From: Pristiophorus japonicus
Taxonomy: Eukaryota
DNA: 64,000 nt
Assembly (NCBI RefSeq): GCF_044704955.1
Contig: NC_091988.1
Coordinates: 176,452,001-176,516,000 of the forward strand
Reading direction: 5' to 3'
This document shows, one piece after another, positions 34,586 through 46,184 of the stretch. The notes beneath the pieces are model-generated. The model made no database searches. It had not been told where the DNA came from and saw nothing but the letters and a program-made list of their open reading frames with translations. A program made the position numbers and the translations under genes. The stretch's first letter is position 1, and every line of letters begins with the position of its first letter.

Positions 34586-37500
34586 GCAAGCATGGTTTAA
34601 ATCCCAGTTGCTCGTCGCCAATAATATGTCCTTCTATACAGTACAAATGCACACGAGGCCCATACTAGAGAGAAGGTCATTCTGTGACAAGTCCTTTATT
34701 AGCCAGCACTGAAGTGGAGAAGATGGGTGGAGCTTCCCCTTTTATACCTGAAAGTCCAGATTAGGAGTGTCTCCCACAAGTTCACCAACTAGTGGTCAGT
34801 GCTCTCACGGTGTACAACTTAGCTCAGTTTATACATGGATTACAATGACAGTAGAATACATGACAGGTCTCCTGGGGAACGTCTCTTCTGCCCATTGGAA
34901 GGGAAGAAGAGTACCTCCCTGCGTGCTGTATCTCCCTCCATAAGCATCAGCCGTGCACCTTTGTGCGGTGCATGTCAGTGTTTGCCGCAACTTAATGCTG
35001 TAAAACACTGACAACATAACTGTCAAAATATATGTGGGCATGGTCCCTTTAAGGAATCCGGCTGATGAAACGTCACCAGATGATGTCATCAGACCCTCTT
35101 CCTTTTAATTGGCTGGGAACCTTGCAGGGCGGGCTTAACAAGGTAAAATCATGTCGGAGACCCAGATCAACACAGCTGCGGGGCCGGGACCCGTCGAGGT
35201 TGGTAAAATCCACCCCATAAAGACGGAGGTTTGAAGAATTTTTTTGTGCAAAAGAATTAGGATTTGGGATACATTATCACAAGTGGCTCTTAAAGCTAAG
35301 TTAATCATTCTTGTTTGGAACATGGAGCCTTTTATGAAATGAGTTTGCCAGTGAACGTAGCAATCTCTTGCAGATGTTAATGTTTATTTAAAGACCAACA
35401 GGACTGCTGGGGTTGAGAGCCACCACCCTCCCGCCGCCCCCCAGCCCCCCAGCCCCCACCCCACTTCCTCAGAATTCCTTGTGTAGACATGTGGAAGATA
35501 CAGTTCTTGTAGCACTGGTTAAGGTAGTGTTTGGTTGTCACGAACTGGAAAAAACAGCTTTACAAGTATCCCCCTCATTTGAGGCACCATTAATATAACT
35601 CAAGGTCCAATCAAACTGAAAAGCATTTAAAGTAAACAAACCAGTATTTTGTTGATCTAATCAATATGATAATTAACATCCTGTGGTGTCCACAGATTGT
35701 AGTAGGAGCAACGGTTACACCTATTTTTGATTGAACCAATAAAGGTGACCTAGAGCAAACCTAGGGCAGTCCGAGGAGCCAGCATCGCAATAGGAGCGGC
35801 GTGGGATTACACAGGGCGGCGGCAGCGAGAGGAGCGGCAGCAGTCCGAGGGGCCAGCTGGTGCAGAGACTGAAGGTAAAACAAAGAAGTAGAAAGAAATC
35901 GAAAGGTGACGTCACAGCCAAGCGGGTAAGTGATTGGCTGGTGGATTGGTGAGTATTTAATCTTTTTTTTCTTCTTTTATTTTCTTATCAGTAGGTAACC
36001 TTTGACACTGTTGGCAAATTAAGTTAATTTAAGGGTTAAGTCATGGCAGGAGAGCCCAGACCCGTGTCATGCTCCTCCTGTGCTATATGGGAAGTCAGGG
36101 ACTACACGTGCAGGAAGTGCATCCTGCTGCAGCTCCTGAAAGACCGCGGCACTGGAGCTGCGCATGGATTCACCCTGGAGCATCTGCAATGCTGAGGATG
36201 TCGTGAATAGCGCATTTTGTGAGTTGGTCACACCGCAGGTAACAAATACTCAGAGAGATAGGGAATGGGTGACCATCAGGCAGAGCAGTGGAAGGAAGGT
36301 AGTGCAGGGGTCCTCTGCGGTTATCCCCCTCCAAAACAGATACACCGCCTTGGGTGCTGTTGGGGGGGATGACTCATCAGGGGAGGGCAGCAGCAGCCAA
36401 GTTCATGGCACCCTGGATGGCCCAGCTGCACAGGAGGGCAGGAAAAAGAGTGGGAGAGCTATAGTGGTAGGGGATTCTATTGTAAGGGGAATAGATAGAC
36501 GTTTCTGCGGCCGCAATCGAGACTCCAGGATGCTATGTTGCCTCCCTGGTGCAAGGTCAAGGTTGTCTTGGAGTGGCTGCAGGACATTTTGGAGGGGGAA
36601 GGTGAGCAGCCAGTTGTCGTGCTGCATATAGATACCAACGATATAGGTAAAAAATGGGATGAGGTCCTACAAGCTGAATTTAGGGAGCTAGGAGTTAAAT
36701 TAAAAAACAGGACCTCAAAGGTAGTAATCTCAGGATTGCTACGAGTGCCATGTGCTAGTCAGAGTAGGAATTGCAGGATAGCTAAGACGAATACATGGCT
36801 TGAGGAGTGGTGCAGGAGGGAGAGATTCAAATTCTTGGGACATTGGAACTGGTTCTGGGGGAGGTGGGACCAGTAAAAACTGGACGGTCTGCACCTGGGC
36901 AGGACTCCGCGGAACCATTGTCCTCGGGGGAGTGTTTGCTAGTGCTCTTGGGGAGGGGTTAAATTAATATGGCAGGGGGATGGGAATCTATGCAGGGAGA
37001 CAGAGGGAAGTAAAATGGGGGCAGAAGCAAAAGATAGAAAGAAGAAAAGTAAAAGTGGAGGGCAGAGAAACCCAAGGCAAAAATCAAAAAGGGCCACATT
37101 ACAGCAAAAGTCTAAAGGCACAAAGTGTGTTAAAAAGACAAGCCTGAAGGCTCTGTGCCTCAATGCGAGGAGTATTCGTAATAAGGTGGACGAATTAACT
37201 GCGCAGGCAGTTATTAACGAATATGATATAATTGGCATTACGGAGACATGGCTCCAGGATGACCAAGGCTGGGACCTCAACATCCAGGGGTATTCAACAT
37301 TCAGGAAGGATAGACAGAAAGGAAAAGGAGGTGGGGTAGCGTTGCTGGTTAAAGAGTAAATTAATGCAATAGTAAGGAAGGACATTAGCTTGGATGATGT
37401 GGAACCTGTATGGGTACAGCTGCGGAATACCAAAGGGCAGAAAACGCTACTGGGAGTTGTGTACAGACCACCAAGCAGTAATAGTGAGTTTGGGGACAGC

Positions 37501-38151
37501 ATCAAATAAGAAATTATGGATGCGTGCAATAAAGGTACAGCAGTTATCATGGGCGACTTTAATTTATATACAGATTGGTAGCAGTACAGTGGGGGAGGAT
37601 TTCCTGGAGTGTATTAGGGATGGTTTTCGAGACCAATATGTCGAGGAACCAACTAGAGGACTGGCCATCCTAGACTGGGTGATGTGTAATGAGAAAGGAC
37701 TAATTAGCAATCTTGTTGTGCGAGGTCCCTTGGGGAAGAGTGACCATAATATGGTAGAATTTTTTATTAAGATGGAGAGTGACACAGTTAATTCAGAGAC
37801 TAGGGTCCTGAACTTAAGGAAAAGTAATGTATTAGCATGTATATGTATTAGCATGTATAGAGAATTGGCTAACTAACAGAAAGCAGAGTGTTGGGATAAA
37901 TGGATCCTTTTCAGGTTGGAAATCAGTGGTTAGTGGTGTGCCACAGGGATCGGTGCTGGGACCACAACTGTTTACATGATACATAGATGACCTGGAAGAG
38001 GGGACAGAGTGTAGTGTAACAAAATTTGCAGATGACACAAAGATTAGTGGGAAACGGATTGTGTAGAGGACACAGAGAGGAATATTATTTGAATGAGGAG
38101 AAATTACAACATGCTGCGGTACAGAGGGACCTGGGGGTCCTTGTGCATGAA

Positions 38152-41100
38152 ACTCTTTTGAGTTTACCTGAAAAAAAACATAAACATTAAACCGTGCCAC
38201 CCGCCTGGGTGACACAGCAGACATTTCCAAGGCCCCTTTTTTTTCCTTTTTTTTGTGGTTTTTTTTTTGTTTTTCTTTTTTTTTTGGTTTTTTTTTGGGC
38301 GCTAAAATCTCATTTTTCCAAGTGCCCCCTATAAAAGGGGAGGGGGACACTAAAAGCACCGGCAATTGAAACAAATTAAACTTTAAAACGTAAAATCAAA
38401 TTAAAATTTGGTTGCCGGGCGTGATGATGCACTCCAGTCCCTCCGGTGCCCACCTCTCGCGGAAGGCCGCGAGTGTACCGGTGGACACCGCGTGCTCCAT
38501 CTCCAAGGACACCCTGGACCGGATGTAAGAGCGGAAGAGAGGCAGGCAGTCAGGTTGAACGACCCCCTCGACCGCCCGCTGCCTGGACCGGCTGATGGCA
38601 CCCTTGGCCGTGCCCAGGAGCAGTCCTACGAGGAGGCCTTCGGACCTACCCGCTCCCCTCCGCACAGGGCGCCCAAAGATCAGGAGAGTGGGACTGAGGT
38701 GCAGCCAGAATTTCAGGAGCAGCCCCTTCAAATAATAAAACAGGGGCTGCAACCTTGTGCACTCCATAAAAACATGGAACACGGACTCTTCCAGACCGCA
38801 GAAATTGCAGGCGGCCTGGGAGTCCGTGAACCGGCTTAAAAATTTGTTGCACGGCACTGCTCCGTGCACCACCCTCCAGGCCAAGTCCCCGATGAATAGT
38901 GGGAGGACCCCTGCGTAGAGTGCCCTCCATCGGGGACCCCCGCCTCCTCTGGACGGCAAGATGGTACGCCATGGCGTGTCCGGACGGCCGGCGAGGATGG
39001 CAAAGTTGAGAGTCTGCAGGAGCAGCCCGTACAGGAAACCCCTCCGCGCGGAACTGAAAGGCACGGAGGGGATTTCCCCGAGGCGGCTCAAGTTGTGAGG
39101 CGCCGGCCCCCGAGGGAGGTTCCGGGGTTTGGCGCCGATGAGGAATTCCGTCCGGACGGGGGTCAGTTCGGACGGGATCTCCCCACGTGCTTGAGCCTCC
39201 TCGATGCACCTAACGGAGTCAGGGCCCAGAGCTGTTTTTAGCGACTCGATGGCATCGGCCGCGTGGCGGACGTTGGCAGAGTTTAGGCGCCGCGCCAGCG
39301 TGTCTGGCGCCATCCAGCCCGCTCCTCCGCCATCGAGCAGGTCCCTGACCCTGGTCACCTCACCAGCCACAGCCCTCTCTTCCGACCGCCACATAAAACC
39401 TCGGTCGTGGAGGTACGGATTCCCGAGCAGCGGCTCCTGCAGGACGGCCGCCACTCCAGCCGGCGGAGAGCTGCGCTTGGTGGAGACTTTGTTCCAGACC
39501 CTGATGAGTTCCCTGTAAAAGACAGGCAGCTCCCGGAGGGCGGTCCTGGCACCCCCCAAGTTCACAAACAGGAGCTGCGTGTCATAATTGAGGTCGCGCT
39601 GCTGGTGGAAGAAATACCTCGCCAGAGCACACCACCTAGGAGGGGGCTCGACGTAAAGGTATCTCTGCAGGGTCTGAAGACGGAAAGTCGCGAGCTGGGC
39701 GCTGACGCACACCAACGACTGACCGCCCTCCTCAAGCGGGAGACTCAAGACCGCAGCAGAGACCCAGTGCTTCCTGTTGTTCCAGAAGAAGTCCACCAGC
39801 TTCTTCTGTATCTTGGCGACAAACGCAGGGGGAGGGGTCAAAGTGACCAGCCGGTACCACAGCATTGCGGCCACCAGCTGGTTTATGACTAGCGCTCGAC
39901 CCCTGTAGGACAGCATTCGGAGCAGTCCTGTCCAGCGCCCTAGGCGAGCGGCGACCTTGGCCTCCAGCTCCTGCCAGTTCGCCGGCCAGGCTCCCTCGTC
40001 GGGGCTAAGGTAGACTCCCAGATAGAGGAGATGGGTCGTGCTCCAGGCAAAAGGCCTGAGCTCCTCCGGCAGGGAGTCCACCCGCCACTGACCCACCAGG
40101 AGTCCGGAACATTTCTCCCAGTTGATCCTGGCGGAGGACACGGCCGAGTAAATCTCCTGGCACTCACGCATCCTCCGCAGGTCAGCGGGATTCTCTACCG
40201 CGAGGAGCACGTCATCGGCGTAAGCCGAGAGGACGACCTCCACGCCCGGCCCTTGCAGAGCCAGTCCCGTCAACCTCGTCTGCAAGAGGCGCAGGAAAGG
40301 CTCCACGCAAACGGCGTATAACTGGCCGGACATGGGGCATCCCTGGCGCACCCCTCTCCTAAAGCGAAGGGGCGCCGTCAAGGACCCGTTAACCTTAATC
40401 AGACACTCCGCGGCGGCATACAAAAGTCGGATCCGGGCGACGAAATGCGTCCCGAACCCGAAAGCGCGCAGAGTTCCGAGCAGATAGTCGTGATCCACCC
40501 TGTCGAACGCTTTCTCTTGGTCGAGGGATAGGAAGGCGACCGACAGACCAGCCTCCTGGGAACAATGGATGAGGTCCCGGACCAGATGGATGTTATCGTG
40601 GATTGTCCGGCACCGGACCGTGTAGGACTGGTCGGGGTGGATCATGTGGTCCAGCACGGCACCAAGGCGAGCAGACATCGCCCTGGCGAAGATTTTGTAG
40701 TCCGTGCTGAGGAGGGAGACCGGGCGCCAGTTCTTAAGGAGGCGGAGATCGCCCTTCTTAGGCAGCAGGACGATGACTGCCCTGCGCCAAGAGAGGGGCA
40801 TCTCCCCGGTCGCCAGACTTTCCCCCAGGACCCGCGCGTAGTCGCTCCCCAGGACGTCCCAGAACGCCCTGTGGAACTCCACGGTCAGCCCGTCCAGCCC
40901 CGGGGATTTTCCCCTCGAGAGCCGGGCGAGGGCACCGGTCAGCTCCGCCAGGCTTAGCGGAGCTTCCAGATTTTCGGCGCCCTCCGGGCTGACCTTCGGC
41001 AGGTCCTCCCACAAAACTCTACGCGCTTCCTCGCTGGACGGATCCGGAGAGAACAGAGCCCCGTAATATTCACGGGCCCTGTTGTTGACGCCCTCCGGAT

Positions 41101-41731
41101 CCGAGACGAGAGAGCCGTCGTCGGCCAGCAGCGTCAAGAGCTGCTTACGGACACTCTGCCTTTTTTCCAGCGAGTAGAAGAAGGGGGAGCCGCGGTCCAG
41201 ATCCCGCAGGAACCGGATCCGCGACCTCACGAACGCGCCTCGGGACCCGACGAGCTGCAGGTCCTTCAGCGCGGCCTTCTTCGCTTCGTACACCGTCCGC
41301 AGGGCCGGGTCCTGGACGACTTGACCGAGACGGGCTTCCAGGTCGAGCACCTCTTTTTCTAGGCGCCCGACTCTGGCCGCCCGCCTCTTGGTCGACCCCC
41401 TCGCGTACTCTTGACAGAAGACGCGGACGTGAGCCTTGCCCACGTCCCACCATAGCCTCAAGGAGGGGAAGCCCCCCTGCTTCCTTCTCCAGTCGGACCA
41501 GAATCGACGGAACGAGTCCTGGAACCGCACGTCCTCCAGCAGTCGGTTGTTAAAGTGCCAGTACGCGGACCCCGTCCTCGCGCGGAGCGAAGCGAGCTCC
41601 GCCCACACCAGGTGGTGGTCCGAACACGGCACCGGCCGCATGGAGGCCGCCGGGACGCAGGAAACGTACGCCCGAGACACGTAAAGGCGGTCGACTCTAG
41701 ACCATCCAACTCCAGGCCTCACCCAAGTAAA
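38152..41731 (-). mobile_element. Young 5'-truncated Tx1-clade LINE
   Basis: Exact 16-bp TSD GGTCCTTGTGCATGAA at 38136-38151 and 41732-41747; CpG-rich; uninterrupted ORF2. Confidence 0.92.
38396..41731 (-). CDS. Tx1/L1-type ORF2 (EN C-terminus, RT, C-terminal zinc knuckle), >1100 aa open
   Basis: FTW...SRVDRLY, SDH, YWHFN, WRPVSLL, LDQEKAFDRV, GVRQGCPMS, YADD, CNFCGLEESVFHVFMEC. Confidence 0.93.
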   Translation of the reverse strand, partial: FTWVRPGVGWSRVDRLYVSRAYVSCVPAASMRPVPCSDHHLVWAELASLRARTGSAYWHFNNRLLEDVRFQDSFRRFWSDWRRKQGGFPSLRLWWDVGKAHVRVFCQEYARGSTKRRAARVGRLEKEVLDLEARLGQVVQDPALRTVYEAKKAALKDLQLVGSRGAFVRSRIRFLRDLDRGSPFFYSLEKRQSVRKQLLTLLADDGSLVSDPEGVNNRAREYYGALFSPDPSSEEARRVLWEDLPKVSPEGAENLEAPLSLAELTGALARLSRGKSPGLDGLTVEFHRAFWDVLGSDYARVLGESLATGEMPLSWRRAVIVLLPKKGDLRLLKNWRPVSLLSTDYKIFARAMSARLGAVLDHMIHPDQSYTVRCRTIHDNIHLVRDLIHCSQEAGLSVAFLSLDQEKAFDRVDHDYLLGTLRAFGFGTHFVARIRLLYAAAECLIKVNGSLTAPLRFRRGVRQGCPMSGQLYAVCVEPFLRLLQTRLTGLALQGPGVEVVLSAYADDVLLAVENPADLRRMRECQEIYSAVSSARINWEKCSGLLVGQWRVDSLPEELRPFAWSTTHLLYLGVYLSPDEGAWPANWQELEAKVAARLGRWTGLLRMLSYRGRALVINQLVAAMLWYRLVTLTPPPAFVAKIQKKLVDFFWNNRKHWVSAAVLSLPLEEGGQSLVCVSAQLATFRLQTLQRYLYVEPPPRWCALARYFFHQQRDLNYDTQLLFVNLGGARTALRELPVFYRELIRVWNKVSTKRSSPPAGVAAVLQEPLLGNPYLHDRGFMWRSEERAVAGEVTRVRDLLDGGGAGWMAPDTLARRLNSANVRHAADAIESLKTALGPDSVRCIEEAQARGEIPSELTPVRTEFLIGAKPRNLPRGPAPHNLSRLGEIPSVPFSSARRGFLYGLLLQTLNFAILAGRPDTPWRTILPSRGGGGPRWRALYAGVLPLFIGDLAWRVVHGAVPCNKFLSRFTDSQAACNFCGLEESVFHVFMECTRLQPLFYYLKGLLLKFWLHLSPTLLIFGRPVRRGAGRSEGLLVGLLLGTAKGAISRSRQRAVEGVVQPDCLPLFRSYIRSRVSLEMEHAVSTGTLAAFRERWAPEGLECIITPGNQILI

Positions 41732-44700
41732 GGTCCTTGTGCATGAATCCCCCCCAAAAAAAAAGTTTGCAGGTGCAGCAGGTAATCAGGAAGGCGAATG
41801 CAATGTTGGCCTTCATTGCGAGAGGGATGGAGTACAAAAGCAGGGAGGTCCTGCTGCAACTGTACAGGGTATTGGTGAGGCCGCACCTGGAGTACTGCGT
41901 GCAGTTTTGGTCACCTTACTTAAGGAAGGATATACTGGCTTTGGAGGGGGTACAGAGACGATTCACTAGGCTGATTCCGGAGATGAGGGGGTTACCTTAT
42001 GATGATAGATTGAGTAGACTGGGTCTTTACTCGTCGGAGTTCAGAAGGATGAGGGGTGATCTTATAGAAACATTTAAAATAATGAAAGGGACAGACAAGA
42101 TAGAGGCAGAGAGGTTGTTTCCACTGATCGGGGAGACTAGAACTAGGGGGCACAGCCTCAAAATACGGGGGAGCCAATTTAAAACTGAGTTGAGAAGGAA
42201 TTTCTTCTCCCACAGGGTTGTGAATCTGTGGAATTCTCTGCCCAAGGAAGCAATTGAGGCTAGCTCATTGAATGTATTCAAATCACAGATAGATAGATTT
42301 TTAACCAATAAGGGAGTTAAGGGTTATGGGGAGCGGGCGGGTAAGTGGAGCTGAGTCCATGGCCAGATCAGCTATGATCTTGTTGAATGGCGGAGCAGGC
42401 TCGAGGGGCTAGATGGCCTACTCCTGTTCCTAATTCTTATGTTCTTATGTAACTTCAAATGGTATGAGACGTGGATTGGCTAGAATAGACTGGCGAATGA
42501 TACTTAAAGGGTTGACGGTGGATCGGCAATGGCAGACTTTTAAAGATCACATGAATGAACTTCAACAATTGTACATCCCTGTCTGGAGTAAAAATAAAAC
42601 GGAGAAGGTGGCTCAACCATGGTTAACAAGGGAAATTAAGGATAGTGTTAAATCCAAGGAAGAGGCATATAAATTGGCCAGAAAAAGCAGCAAACCTGAG
42701 GACTGGGAGAAATTTAGAATTCAGCAGAGGAGGAAAAAGGGTTTAATTTGGAGGGGGAAAATAGAATATGAGAGGCAGCTTGCTGGGAACATAAAAACTA
42801 GGTGCAAAAGCTTCGATAGATATGTGATAAAGATTAGTGAAGACAAACGTAGATCCCTTGCAGTCAGAATCAGGTGACTTTATAATGGGGAACAAAGAAA
42901 TGGCAGACCAATTGAACAATTACTTTGGTTCTGTCTTCACAAAGGAAGACACAAATAACCTTCCGGAAATACTAGGGGACAGAGGGTCTAGCGAGAAAGA
43001 GGACCTGAAGGAAATCCTTATTAGTCAGGAAATTGTGTTATGAAAATTGATGGGATTGAAGGCCGATAAATCCCCAGGGCCAAATAGTCTGCAACCCAGA
43101 GTACTTAAGGAAGTGACCCTAGAAGTAGTGGATGCATTGGTGATCATTTTCCAACAGTCTATCGACTCTGGATCAGTTCCTATGGACTGGAGGGTAGCTG
43201 ATGTAACACCACTTTTTAAAAAAGGAGGGAGAGAGAAAATGGGTAATTATAGACCGGTTAGGCTGACATCAGTAGTGGGGAAAATGTTGGAATCAATTAT
43301 TAAAGATGATTTGGAAAGCGCATTTGGAAAGCAGTAACAGGATCAGTCCAAGTCAGCCTGGAATTATGAAAGGGAAATCATGCTTAGAAATCTTCTAGAA
43401 TTATTTGAGGATGCAACTCGTAGAGTGGACAAGGGAGAACCAGTGGATGTGGTGTATTTGGACTTTCAAAAGGTTTTTGACAAGGTCCCACACAAGAGAT
43501 TGGTGTGCAAAATTAAAGCATATGGTGTTGAGGGTAATATATTGACGTGGATAAAGAACTGGTTGCAGACAGGAAGCAGAGAGTCGGGATAAACGGGTCC
43601 TTTTCAAAATGGCAGGCAGTGACTCATGGGGTGCCACAGAGCTCAGTGCTGGGAACCTCGCTACTTACAATATACATAAATGATTTTGATGAACAAATGG
43701 AGTTTAATATCTCCAAGTTTGCAGATGACCATAAGCTGGGTGGCAGTGTGAGCTGTGAGGAGGATGCTAAGAGGCTGCAGGGTGAATTGGATAGGTTAGG
43801 TGAGTGGGCAAATGCATGGCAGATGCAGTATAATGTGGATAAATGTGAGGTTATCACTCTGGTGGCAAAAACATGAAGGCAGAATATCATCTAAATGGCG
43901 GAACATTAGGAAAAGGGGAGGTGCAACGAGACCTGGGTGTCATGGTACATCAGTCATTGAAGGGTGGCATGCAGGTGCAGCAGGCGGTGAAGAAAGCAAA
44001 TGGCATGTTGGCCTTCATAGCGAGGGAATTTCTGTATAGGAGCAGGGAGGTCTTACTGCAATTGTACAGGGCCTTGGTGAGGCCTCACCTGGAGTATTGT
44101 GTTCAGTTTTGGTCTCCTAATCTGAGGAAGGACGTTCTTACTATTGAGGGAGTGCAGCGAAGGTTCACCAGACTGATTCCCGGGATGGCAGGACTGACAT
44201 ATGAGGAGAGACTGGATCGACTGGGCCTGTGTTCACTGGAGTTTAGAAGATGAGAGGGGATCTCATAGAAACATATAAAATTCTGACGGGACTGGACAGG
44301 TTAGATGCAGGAAGAATGCTCCCGATGTTGGTGGAGTCCAGAACCAGGGGTCACAGTCTAAGGATAAGGGACAGGCCATTTAGGACTGAGATGAGGAGAA
44401 ACTTCTTCACTCAGAGAGTTGTTAACCTGTGGAATTCCCTACCGCAGTGAGTTGTTGATGCCAGTTCATTGGATATATTCAAGAGGGAGTTAGATATGGC
44501 CTTTACGGCTAAAGGGATCAAGAGATATGGAGAGAAAGCAGGAAAGGGGTACTGAGGTGAATGATCAGCCATGATGTTATTGAATGGTGGTGCAGGCTCG
44601 AAGGGCCGAATGGCCTACTCCTGCATCTATTTTCTATATTTCTATGGGTTACCCCAGCACCCGAATCGGAACAACAGCTCTACGTGCCCCCTCATCTGAA

Positions 44701-44807
44701 GAGGCAAGCCTAATATAATATTCTGAATATGAAGTCCAATTAAAATGAAAGAAGCTTACGTTATAACTGAATCATAATATTGCTATCTCTCTTTATTAAA
44801 CAGCATC

Positions 44808-45657
44808 GGGCAGAATTTTCGCTTTGGGCGCAATCAACCGTCTGGGCCTAAATTTCGCTTGAAATTGTGCTGTTTTTCCGAAGTGAAATTATGGTTCAAG
44901 TTTCTGCTGAAACTCATTTGCATAATCAAAACATAAAATCTACCATGAACCAGCACAATTGGGCAGTATAATAGAATGTAATTGTTTTTTTCTTTCATTA
45001 AAAAATATTGCTTGATGTATTTAAGAGTGGTAACCTGGTGCAGTTTTATAAATACCAATGAAAATGGGTTTATGACAAAAAATAAACATGTTTAATAAGT
45101 CCACCACTCGTGAGTAAACTGATTTTAAATCACTGAAAATGACTTTAATAAAACTATACTGAATCATTTAATTGTTTCATTGGTGTGCATTACAACATTT
45201 CCCTCGTTACAACAGTGACTACACTCCAAAAGTACTTCATTGGCTATAAAGTGCTTTGAGACGTCCGGTGAGGCATGTAAGGCGCTATATAAATGCAAGT
45301 CTTTCTTTTACACCAGTCAGTTTTTAGTACGTTAAATATGTTTTAATATTTGAACGAGCATACTGGTGCCTTTCATCTTAAAAAAAAAACAGGCTTAAAT
45401 GCAAAGTGCCTCCTCGAACAATCGCAAACTGGCACAATCGGTAGAAACTCACGGTGCTCATTATTTTGATCTGGGGGCGTGGCAGACTTTATGGGCGGTG
45501 CTGTGATGTGTTTTAAACCAGTGATAAAGATCGCGGAAACTCGATTAATGCTCGATGTAACTGCTTAAAATTCCTCGATTTTTTTTACACCTGGTTTTGC
45601 CGATTTCAGGCGAATTGCGCTGGTGAAACCAGTACAAACTAGCGGAAACTATAGTCT
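44808..45657. mobile_element. Harbinger-like non-autonomous element with an inserted SINE tail (~45195-45308)
   Basis: Starts GGGCAGAATTTTCGC, ends GCGGAAACTATAGTC; CpG-rich subterminal regions. Confidence 0.5.
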
Positions 45658-46184
45658 TGCAGTGCCCATTGGTCACGGAAGATCAAGTTACTTGGTGGAG
45701 TTAAAGTACCCCTTATTAAAATTTCACTTCAAGTATTGCTGAATTCCTCTCCTTCTAGAAATGTTTCTAATTGCCTCTTGAACCCATTTTTACTGCCTGC
45801 TTCAATTACCTTGCCTGGTACCTTGCATCACAACTCATTGGCTGTACAGTGGTAGTATTTTGTATTTCAGGAGACTGAGCTGACTCCCTGGTTTACCAAA
45901 CTAAATCTGTTTCTTTCATTCCAGAGGCAGATTTGTCGTCACACCAAAAATTCAAAGGAGCCAGGGCACCAATGGCAGTTTCCTGTTTTTTGGAAAGAAG
46001 CACCAGTTAAAAAGCAATTTTTTATTCTTTAGGTGAAAAAAAATCTTTTATAACTTCCCGATTTGTAATTTGCATCTGTTGTCCTTCCGGTGGGCACTGC
46101 AGAGACTGGAGGGTGCGGCGCATAGTGTAAATAATAAGTTATGGCTAAAGTGGACTGGGAAAATAGATTAAAGTATTGCGGATT

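Larger units (their letters stand above)
25480..34865 (-). mobile_element. Full-length decayed Gypsy LTR retrotransposon C
   Basis: LTRs 25480-25724 and 34622-34865 (about 11 substitutions plus 1 indel by eye); 5-bp TSD GGTCT; PBS TGGCGACGAG; PPT next to the 3' LTR; gag, PR, RT (FQDD), RNaseH (CDAS), IN. Confidence 0.95.
24176..35215. mobile_element. Degenerate Harbinger-derived element carrying a minus-strand Myb/SANT remnant, split by Gypsy C
   Basis: Degenerate TIR-like ends flanked by CAT on both sides; joining 34866-34950 to 25405-25479 gives MLMEG..ARREVL...TNAAWLHIVQEGTSRDVVRRT. Confidence 0.55.
37828..42448 (+). mobile_element. Second, 5'-truncated CR1 nested in the first
   Basis: RT motifs PQGSVLGP/FADD at 37940-38040; intact C-terminal ORF 41737-42354; (TTCTTATG)n tail; short TAA duplication. 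Confidence 0.88.
35721..44646 (+). mobile_element. Full-length decayed CR1 LINE (ORF1 plus ORF2), interrupted at 37828-42448
   Basis: ORF1 from ATG 36043 (CSSC..C.KC zinc finger; SGNH esterase IVVGDSIVR); ORF2 EN 37140-37826 resumes at 42449; RT; tail at 44645; possible TSD GGTTAC. Confidence 0.9.

Noticed and set aside
38408-41746. Many antisense and alternative-frame ORFs over the Tx1
   Set aside because: Expected by-products of a GC-rich coding sequence
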